From a virus: DNA of 47,284 bases. The stretch spans positions 1 to 47,284 of the IMG/VR virus record IMGVR_UViG_3300045988_065468. One strand, 5' to 3'. The notes under the pieces are model-generated. The model had not been told where the DNA came from, ran no database searches, and saw only the letters and a list, made by a program, of their open reading frames with translations. Every line of letters starts with the position of its first letter. The stretch's first letter is position 1. This document shows, in pieces, positions 40,631-47,284 of this stretch. The position numbers were made by a program, and so were the translations under genes.

Positions 40631-40789
40631 GTGACACCATTACAGAAAAGGAAATTGAAAAGGAAGCTGAGGAAGTTCTGGAAAGAATGGGGCATAACAT
40701 TAGAAGAATTTGAAATGTTACTAGGTGCAATGTCTACAATCATGTTCCCATTTTTATTAAGAATATTCCTTGCATTTTTTGGAATTTGA
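40631..40789 (+). CDS. Small basic membrane-anchored protein (52 aa)
   Basis: Not in the track. GTG follows gaaggaggtag. Reads MTPLQKRKLKRKLRKFWKEWGITLEEFEMLLGAMSTIMFPFLLRIFLAFFGI. Confidence 0.45.
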   Translation: MTPLQKRKLKRKLRKFWKEWGITLEEFEMLLGAMSTIMFPFLLRIFLAFFGI

Positions 40790-40792
40790 TGA

Positions 40793-40821
40793 TTGACATT
40801 ATTGAATGTTGATAGTATAAT
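40793..40821 (+). promoter_or_regulatory. SigA-type consensus promoter (TTGACA-N17-TATAAT)
   Basis: gaTTGACAttattgaatgttgatagTATAATaaaag. Confidence 0.65.
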
Positions 40822-40872
40822 AAAAGTATAAAATAAATAAATTCAATTCAAACAGAAAAGGAGAACAAAACA

Positions 40873-41565
40873 ATGAACAAAACATTTGAAGAAATGACAG
40901 TGAAGGAGTTAAAAGAGGAAAGCAGAAAGCGTGGACTTACATTGGAGAGTAAAGGACATAAGTTCACTAAACCAGAGCTAATCGAGAGACTTACAAAGTG
41001 GGACGCAGAACAAGCTGATATTGATGCAGACATTCAGAAAGCAATTGAAGAAGCAGGACAGCCAGACGACAATGAAACATGGGGTGAAACAGAGTGTACA
41101 AAAGAAGTTGAAACTTGTGCAGATTGTGAAGAAGCACCATGCGAGAATACACCAGAGATTAAAACAAGCAGAGACAAAGATGACTACATTGTGTATGCAA
41201 AAACATTAGAAGAAATTGAGCAGAAGTATGGAAACAGGAAGAAACAGGAAATCTATGACAACGAGTTAAAGGTTGGCAGTTATGTTGTGTTTGTGCATTA
41301 TGTAGAAGCAAAAAATGGACAGATTTACAAGAAATTAAGAACAGCAAAGGTTGTTGGAATCAACAGAAAAAAAGAACTTGTTAGAGTTGTTACTCTGTTA
41401 GGAACGGAAAAAGAATTATGTTTTGATGAATTGCTTTACATCAAGGGAAGTGCAAAGAATTGTTCTTACCCGAAGGACATTACAATGTATCTGAAAGAAC
41501 AGAGAACAGAGAAAGGCAAGGTGCTTATCAATGAAAGATTCACAGAGAACAATGTTGCAGATTAA
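40873..41565 (+). CDS. Protein with an N-terminal SAP/HeH motif (230 aa)
   Basis: MTVKELKEESRKRGLTLESKGHKFTKPELIERLTK is followed by an acidic Cys-containing linker. Confidence 0.55.
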   Translation: MNKTFEEMTVKELKEESRKRGLTLESKGHKFTKPELIERLTKWDAEQADIDADIQKAIEEAGQPDDNETWGETECTKEVETCADCEEAPCENTPEIKTSRDKDDYIVYAKTLEEIEQKYGNRKKQEIYDNELKVGSYVVFVHYVEAKNGQIYKKLRTAKVVGINRKKELVRVVTLLGTEKELCFDELLYIKGSAKNCSYPKDITMYLKEQRTEKGKVLINERFTENNVAD

Positions 41566-42073
41566 GGACAGCGTAAGAAAGTTGTATGATGCACAGCAGG
41601 AAAAGAAACAGTTTGACAAGTATTATGAGGAAGTAAGAAAGAAAGAACAACTTTCTATTTCCAATTTCATGTTTACAAATTTACCGAAAGACCAGAACAG
41701 TTTTGAAATTGAATTGGACGAAGGTGTAGGGTACTATACAAACCATATGAAATTAAATGTAACAAGAATCAGAACAAAGAGAGTTACATGGTTATTAGAT
41801 AAATTAAAACAGAAGTTGGGAAAAGACATATACAAAGATGTGGTTGACAAAACATACACAATCAATGATATACAGGGGTTGATTAAGTACCTAAAAAGTT
41901 GTGGAGTTGACGCAAAGAAGTTTAAAAAGTTTATTGATGTTGACGAAACATTAAATGAAACAAAACTGAACACCTACTATGAAACAGGGGCGTTGAAAAA
42001 ATCAGACATAGAAGGGTGCTACGATGTGAAAATGGGAGAGCCTTACATCAGATTAACCGAATTGAAAAGGTGA
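41531..42073 (+). CDS. Hypothetical protein (180 aa)
   Basis: Track ORF upstream of the primase. The start is uncertain (41531 or 41552). Confidence 0.5.
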   Translation: MKDSQRTMLQIKDSVRKLYDAQQEKKQFDKYYEEVRKKEQLSISNFMFTNLPKDQNSFEIELDEGVGYYTNHMKLNVTRIRTKRVTWLLDKLKQKLGKDIYKDVVDKTYTINDIQGLIKYLKSCGVDAKKFKKFIDVDETLNETKLNTYYETGALKKSDIEGCYDVKMGEPYIRLTELKR

Positions 42074-42079
42074 TGCAAT

Positions 42080-43042
42080 ATGGTTCGGTCATATGGTGGG
42101 AAAGAGTTAGCAAAAGTGCTTATCTATCATGGTTTAATTGCAGATGTTGTGAGTTCTGATTTCAACATTATTTGTCCATTCCATGAAGATATAAACCCAT
42201 CCATGCGGATATGCTTAACAGATGGCTCGTTCTTCTGTTTTGGATGTGAAGCAAAAGGAAATGCCCTAGATTTTGTCAAAAAAGTACATCCAGAATTAAA
42301 TGAGCTACAAGCGTGTGTTTTGTTGGAACAGATACTGAACAGCAAAGAAGTAAAAACATTAAATGTGAAGTACCGAAAGAAAAGAAGGCTACAGAACAAA
42401 CAAGCATTGAATGAAGCACATGACTACTACTATGGATTGCGTAGTATTGATTGGAATGACATACATACAAAAGAAGAACATGAAGTTTTACAGTATATGA
42501 AACAAAGGGGATTTAATGAAAGAGCCTTGAACATAGCACAGTGTAGAACAAATTATAACATAGCATATCCATTTATATTCCCTATATTAGACAACGGTGA
42601 GTTTAAAGGATGGGTTGGAAGAACTATGAACAAGTATGTTGAGAAGAAAAGGAAATACCTTTACAATGATGGTTTTAGAAAGCGAGATACATTGTGCGGA
42701 AACTATGAACAGAACAAAGTTGTGTTTATATGCGAAGGGTTCATGGATTACCTTAGTTTACGAACTCGCGGACATCTGAAAAATGTCGTTGCAATTCTGG
42801 GCTGGCATATATCAGATGAACAGATACAGAAGTTGAAGGATAAAGGCGTAACAACAGTTGTGTCTGCTCTGGACAATGATAATGCAGGGAATAAGGGTAC
42901 AGAGTATTTGAAGCAGTTTTTCCATGTGATAAGGTTTGCATATCCAGATGGAATTAAAGATGCAGGGGAAATGTCAGAACAACAATTAAAAACAGCAATT
43001 AGACGGACAAAGAGGGCTTATAAACGTGAAGATAAGTTTTAA
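42080..43042 (+). CDS. dnaG: DNA primase (CHC2 zinc finger plus TOPRIM)
   Basis: Zinc finger is CPFHEDINPSMRI..FFCFGCEAKGNALDF. TOPRIM is VVFICEGFMDYLS...SALDNDNAGNKG. Confidence 0.85.
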   Translation: MVRSYGGKELAKVLIYHGLIADVVSSDFNIICPFHEDINPSMRICLTDGSFFCFGCEAKGNALDFVKKVHPELNELQACVLLEQILNSKEVKTLNVKYRKKRRLQNKQALNEAHDYYYGLRSIDWNDIHTKEEHEVLQYMKQRGFNERALNIAQCRTNYNIAYPFIFPILDNGEFKGWVGRTMNKYVEKKRKYLYNDGFRKRDTLCGNYEQNKVVFICEGFMDYLSLRTRGHLKNVVAILGWHISDEQIQKLKDKGVTTVVSALDNDNAGNKGTEYLKQFFHVIRFAYPDGIKDAGEMSEQQLKTAIRRTKRAYKREDKF

Positions 43043-43409
43043 ATTAATAATGTCAATGACACTGTATCATGCAAATACCATGAAAGAATTATGTATTGAC
43101 AAAGAGATAGAACAGAGTTATAATGAAGATAGTCAAGAGTATAAGAAACTTTGCGAGGAATATAAGGAAATAGTAGGTTTTGCAAGGGAACTTGACAAAG
43201 ATGGGTTTGACAAGGAATTGTTGAATGAGTTAGCAAAACAGGCTGAACAGTTGGAAATGGAAACAGTAAAGCAGATTGCAAACACAGTGAAACAATGTTA
43301 CCTACAGGGAACGACAGCATATATTATGTTTGGTGGTTATATGATTAACCCAAAAGAGTTTTGTGCAATCCGTATTAGTGGTTTCCATGCACAGTTTAGT
43401 AAGAAGTAA
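43026..43409 (+). CDS. Hypothetical protein (up to 127 aa)
   Basis: Track ORF. The start is uncertain (GTG 43026 or a later ATG). Confidence 0.45.
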   Translation: MKISFKLIMSMTLYHANTMKELCIDKEIEQSYNEDSQEYKKLCEEYKEIVGFARELDKDGFDKELLNELAKQAEQLEMETVKQIANTVKQCYLQGTTAYIMFGGYMINPKEFCAIRISGFHAQFSKK

Positions 43410-43433
43410 AACAAAGAAAGGAAGAACAAAATA

Positions 43434-44264
43434 ATGGGAAAGATTAAGTTAGCAAACATTAAGAATGAGATTAAGAAAAGCGGAACAAGCAAAGGAAAGT
43501 TCTTGTTTTTCAAAGAGGACAGCAAAGTGCGTGTAAGATTCCTTACCGATATGGAGGATGGTCTGGAAGTATCATTCCATGACAGTTTCCAGCTAGGTAT
43601 CAATGTTCCATGCCAAGAAGTTTTTGGAAGAGAATGTGAGTATTGCGAGAATGAGGATTTAAGAACACGCAATATGTATGTATGGAGTGTATACGATTAC
43701 GAAAGCAAGGAAGTAAAATTGATTATGGCGGCAGTCAACAACTGTTCTCCTGTTCCTGCTCTTGCATCTTTATACGAAAGCTATGGAACGTTGTGCGATA
43801 GGGATTATGAGATTAAGAGAATCGGAAAAGCACAGAACACAACATACAGCGTGATTCCATTAGAAAAGATGAAGTTCAGAAACACAAAAGTGAAACCAAT
43901 GTCAGAACAGGCAATGCTGAAATGTATTGATAAAGCCTATCCTGCGGACAATTCCGAAGATTTTGAGGATGATGAAGAAACACCAAAGAAGAACAAGAAA
44001 AAAGGTGCAAAGTCAAACAACAAGCCATTAAAGGGCAAAATGAATGAGCCAGAGGATGATTGGGGCGAGGATGATGAAACGGATGAAGAAGAACAGGACT
44101 ATGAAAGTATGAGTGCAAAAGAGTTATTCCAGTTGTGCAAAGAACGTGATATTGATTGTAAACCAAAGAAAACAAAAGAATATTACATTGACCTGTTGAA
44201 AGAAGCGGACGAGGAAGATTCTGATGACTGGGGCGAAGATGATGAGGAAGACTGGGAAGATTAA
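43434..44264 (+). CDS. ssDNA-binding protein (putative; Zn-containing OB-like N-domain, HeH motif, acidic tail)
   Basis: PCQEVFGRECEYCENED Cys cluster. The C-terminus is QDYESMSAKELFQLCKERDIDCKPKKTKEYYIDLLKEADEEDSDDWGEDDEEDWED. It lies between the primase and polymerase genes. Confidence 0.5.
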   Translation: MGKIKLANIKNEIKKSGTSKGKFLFFKEDSKVRVRFLTDMEDGLEVSFHDSFQLGINVPCQEVFGRECEYCENEDLRTRNMYVWSVYDYESKEVKLIMAAVNNCSPVPALASLYESYGTLCDRDYEIKRIGKAQNTTYSVIPLEKMKFRNTKVKPMSEQAMLKCIDKAYPADNSEDFEDDEETPKKNKKKGAKSNNKPLKGKMNEPEDDWGEDDETDEEEQDYESMSAKELFQLCKERDIDCKPKKTKEYYIDLLKEADEEDSDDWGEDDEEDWED

Positions 44265-44285
44265 AACATACAGAACAAAATTAAG

Positions 44286-44317
44286 GGGTTGACAAATGTC
44301 AGCCCTTTTGCTATAAT
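44286..44317 (+). promoter_or_regulatory. Overlapping terminator hairpin and consensus promoter upstream of the polymerase gene
   Basis: gggttgac (44286-93) pairs with gtcagccc (44298-305), followed by tttt. TTGACA is at 44289-94, then N17, then TGcTATAAT ending at 44317. Confidence 0.65.
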
Positions 44318-44346
44318 AGGAGTATAAGGAAGGAGAACAGCAGAAC

Positions 44347-47073
44347 ATGGGTAATTTTTTTGATTTACACAGACATGATGAAACTTCTTTTTTTGATGGA
44401 TTCGGTAAACCAATAGAACTTGCAAAACGAGCAAAAGAATTGGGATATACAGCACTAGGGTTGAGTAATCATGGAAATATAACAGGATTGGTACAACATT
44501 GGTTAGCCTGTAAAGAAATGGGGATTAAACCAATATTAGGCTGTGAAGTGTATTTCCAGCCAAAGTTTAACAAGAAGAATCCGCAGAGAAAGTCCTATCA
44601 TTTGTGTTTGTTTGCACAGAACAAAACAGGATATGAAAACCTGTGTCACATTATGTCAGAAGCAAATATAAAACAGTTCTATTATAAACCGATTGTAGAT
44701 TTTGAACTGTTGGAGAAGTATGCAGATGGGTTAATCTGTACAACAGCGTGTATTGCTTCTGCAACAAGCCAAGCGATTATAAATGGAAACACAGGAACAG
44801 CAGGAAGGTTGCTCGACAAGTTTAAGAGCATATTTGGCAAGAATCTATATGTTGAGATTCAGCCATACAAGATTGATAAAAAAGGAACACAACAGAAAAC
44901 AGACTATGTTTTGATGGGATTGGCAAGGGAACGGAAAATCAAGTGTATATTAACATCTGACAGCCATTTTGGGAGTAAGGAAGATTTTGACACTTATTGC
45001 AAAATGCACGAAATTGGAAAAACAACACTTGACGTTAAGAATACATATTCTGAAAGATATATGCCTAGCGAATATGAGATAGAAGAACGATTTGCAACAA
45101 TTTACAAGAACAAGTTTAAGGATGCCTTTAAGGTTGCAGAAATGTTCGTTGACAACTTAAGGAAGTTACAGGACAGCGTGGAAGAAGATATACTTTCACA
45201 ATGCGAGTTGGTTCTGCCTAAAATTGAAACAAATGGAGAATCAAGCGAAACAGTGTTGCGTAAGATGGTGCAACGAGGATTAAAAAAACGAGGAAAGAAT
45301 AAACGAGAATACATTGAAAGATGTAAACATGAATTAGATGTAATACATTATCATGGTTTTGATGATTATTTCCTCATGGTACAGGACTATGTGAGCTGGG
45401 CGAGAGAACATAACATAGCGGTTGGACCGGGTAGAGGTTCAGCGTGTAATTGTCTGGTTGCGTATGCAATCGGGATAACAGATGTTGACAGTATTAAGTA
45501 CAAACTTGATTTTAGCCGATTTATGCGTAAGGAAAAGAAGAAGTTACCAGACATAGACGTTGATTTTGAAACAGATAGACGACAAGATGTGATTGACTAT
45601 GTTGTGAACAAGTATAAAGGGAAAGCAGTACAGATATGTTCCTATGGGGAATATAAGATTGACAACCTTGTGAATGACCTTGCAGGGGTATGTGGGTTGC
45701 CTACAAGCGGAAAGGAATTAGACGAGTACGACAAGGAACAAAACAAAAAGGTAGTTGCAGAAATCAAACGATTTATACGAGAGTATGAAGAAGATGGCAG
45801 ATTGAATATGCAATTACTTATGGAAGATGAAAGAACAGAAGAATATAACAGCCAGTATGATAACATTATGAAACACTTTTCCAAGTTGTTTGGGAAGATT
45901 CGGTATTTAGGAAAACATGCCGCAGGGGTTGCAGTGGTGGGTTCTGATATATCAAATTATACAGCAGTAATCAGAAAAGGGGATATGTTCAGCAGTAGTT
46001 ATGACCTTAATGACCTAGAGCATATTAATTGTACAAAGTTTGATATGTTGGGACTAAAAACAATGTCAGAGTTAAGAGAGTTGGAAGAACATACAAACCA
46101 TATTGTAACAGATGAGGATAGAGAAGAACAAGAAATCTATGAACGATTCAAAGAAGGAAAAACGGATGGCATTTTTCAGATGGAGAAATCAGCACCAAAG
46201 AAGATTCTGGACATGATACAGTGCGATTGCATTGAAGATGTGATTGCGGTTAATGCGTTGAATAGACCAGCACCGTTACAATTAAAGATGCACGAAACAT
46301 ACGCATATAACAAACTGTCTGGAAATGTAGACAGAAGTACACCGTACTATAAGTATACGAAAGAAACATACGGAACGATGTTGTACCAAGAACAGACAGT
46401 TGAGGTTGCACAGAAATTAGGACATTTGACTCCGCAACAGAGTTTTGATTTGTTAAAGATTATGAAGAAAGCAGAGAATCAGAACAAACCAGAGTACATA
46501 CCAATCATCGAACAGATGAAAAAGGACTTTTTCAGAGGGTGCAGAATTGAAGGACTTACGAAAGAACAAACAACAGAAATATGGGCGAGTATGCTTATTT
46601 ATGGTTTTAACAAAGGGCACAGTACAGGGTATACAATTATCAGCGTAGACCAGATGTGGTATAAGATACACCATCCTGCCGAGTTCTGGTATGTCAAGAT
46701 GAAGTATGCAGGGAATGATGCAGACTTACATAAGTATTCACAGTTTGCGGTGAAGGACAATGCGGTTGTGATGCTACCTCATGTGAATTACACAGCGGAG
46801 ACATCTATGCGTATGATGGACGGAGAAAATGTAATACAACAAGGTCTTAATATCATAAAAGGGGTAGGAGAAAAAGCGGCACAAGCAATCGAAGCTGAAC
46901 GGCGTGAGCATGGAGTGTTCCGAGACTATGATGACTTTTATGACAGGTGTAAAGGGAGAACAGTTACAACTAGAGTAATTAATATTTTAAAGGAGCAGGG
47001 AGCATTAGAGTTCAACAAACGTAGGTATCTTTCCAGAGTGGTAAAATACAACAGTAGTTTGTTTGGGAGATAA
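44347..47073 (+). CDS. dnaE: DNA polymerase III alpha subunit (PHP plus Pol IIIa core)
   Basis: 908 aa. PHP domain: FDLHRHDETSFFDG..GLSNHGN. Core motifs: GPGRGSACNCLVAYAIGIT, LPDIDVDFETDRRQDVIDYV, GKHAAGVAV, FDMLGLKT, GIFQME, ALNRPAP, LYQEQ, YGFNKGHS. HhH motif: IKGVGEKAAQAI. Confidence 0.9.
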   Translation: MGNFFDLHRHDETSFFDGFGKPIELAKRAKELGYTALGLSNHGNITGLVQHWLACKEMGIKPILGCEVYFQPKFNKKNPQRKSYHLCLFAQNKTGYENLCHIMSEANIKQFYYKPIVDFELLEKYADGLICTTACIASATSQAIINGNTGTAGRLLDKFKSIFGKNLYVEIQPYKIDKKGTQQKTDYVLMGLARERKIKCILTSDSHFGSKEDFDTYCKMHEIGKTTLDVKNTYSERYMPSEYEIEERFATIYKNKFKDAFKVAEMFVDNLRKLQDSVEEDILSQCELVLPKIETNGESSETVLRKMVQRGLKKRGKNKREYIERCKHELDVIHYHGFDDYFLMVQDYVSWAREHNIAVGPGRGSACNCLVAYAIGITDVDSIKYKLDFSRFMRKEKKKLPDIDVDFETDRRQDVIDYVVNKYKGKAVQICSYGEYKIDNLVNDLAGVCGLPTSGKELDEYDKEQNKKVVAEIKRFIREYEEDGRLNMQLLMEDERTEEYNSQYDNIMKHFSKLFGKIRYLGKHAAGVAVVGSDISNYTAVIRKGDMFSSSYDLNDLEHINCTKFDMLGLKTMSELRELEEHTNHIVTDEDREEQEIYERFKEGKTDGIFQMEKSAPKKILDMIQCDCIEDVIAVNALNRPAPLQLKMHETYAYNKLSGNVDRSTPYYKYTKETYGTMLYQEQTVEVAQKLGHLTPQQSFDLLKIMKKAENQNKPEYIPIIEQMKKDFFRGCRIEGLTKEQTTEIWASMLIYGFNKGHSTGYTIISVDQMWYKIHHPAEFWYVKMKYAGNDADLHKYSQFAVKDNAVVMLPHVNYTAETSMRMMDGENVIQQGLNIIKGVGEKAAQAIEAERREHGVFRDYDDFYDRCKGRTVTTRVINILKEQGALEFNKRRYLSRVVKYNSSLFGR

Positions 47074-47079
47074 CAGAAT

Positions 47080-47265
47080 ATGAATTTATTGGAACATTAT
47101 GTAACAAACATCACAAGGGAACATGAAACAGATTATCAAGGGGTAAAGATGTATGAGTTGATATGTGACATTAACTGCTATGGGAATGTGAGGAAACAAG
47201 AACATATTTTGCTTCTGGAAGGAGATTACAAGATGATACAGGAAAAGGGATATTATTTAGCTTAG
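47080..47265 (+). CDS. Hypothetical protein (61 aa)
   Basis: Track ORF. Its 3' end lies in the terminal repeat and is duplicated at 1..80. Confidence 0.5.
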   Translation: MNLLEHYVTNITREHETDYQGVKMYELICDINCYGNVRKQEHILLLEGDYKMIQEKGYYLA

Positions 47266-47284
47266 GTGGTGAAACAAAAAAAAC
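47186..47284. repeat. Terminal direct repeat copy 2 (identical to 1..99)
   Basis: Base-by-base identity with the window start. Confidence 0.9.

Noticed and set aside
1-47284. Searched for CRISPR arrays, integrase/recombinase, CI/Cro-type repressors, reverse transcriptase (DGR or retron) and toxin-antitoxin pairs.
   Set aside because: I saw no spaced direct-repeat array, tyrosine or serine recombinase motifs, or RT (YxDD) motif in any + strand ORF. The only short tandem repeats (gtaactcg x2; 132-nt tape measure gene repeats) are not CRISPR-like.

Overview
The window is a complete, circularly permuted dsDNA phage genome. Bases 1-99 are identical to 47186-47284, giving a unit length of about 47,185 bp. 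The sequence is AT-rich with purine-rich coding strands, strong GGAGG-type Shine-Dalgarno sites and about 20 near-consensus TTGACA-N17-TATAAT promoters, so a Firmicutes (Clostridia-like) host is likely. Every credible gene is on the + strand, and the minus-strand ORFs look like antisense noise.

Gene modules, in order:
- Recombination and DNA metabolism (0.1-12.5 kb): RecA-like recombinase, Cas4-type nuclease, methylase-like proteins, an HNH-RuvC fusion, a CobS-like AAA+ ATPase, an Hjc-like nuclease and RNase H.
- A 370-bp repeat-rich noncoding locus, followed by terS.
- A ~4.9-kb accessory island between terS and terL: MazG, a ParB-like / ABC-type ATPase / GNAT trio, small ORFs and two tRNAs.
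- terL, interrupted by an 839-nt group I intron that carries an HNH homing endonuclease.
- A holin and amidase lysis cassette placed between terL and portal.
- Siphovirus-type head and tail genes: portal, MuF-like, scaffold, gpD-like, gpE-like capsid, connectors, major tail, chaperones, a 1010-aa tape measure, Dit, Tal and a fibre.
- A sigma-region-4-like regulator and a terminator-insulated three-gene cassette.
- Replication genes: DnaG-type primase, an SSB-like protein and Pol III alpha.

I found no integrase or repressor, no replicative helicase and no CRISPR array.

Most noteworthy observations:
- The terL intron with its homing endonuclease.
- The ParB/ATPase/GNAT module, which has a frame break.
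- The structured noncoding locus upstream of terS.
- The HNH-RuvC fusion.
- Three frame breaks that all sit on homopolymer runs.
- A HeH motif plus acidic Trp-ending tail shared by the SSB-like protein and a second protein.

All functional calls come from motif recognition by eye. No database search was run.
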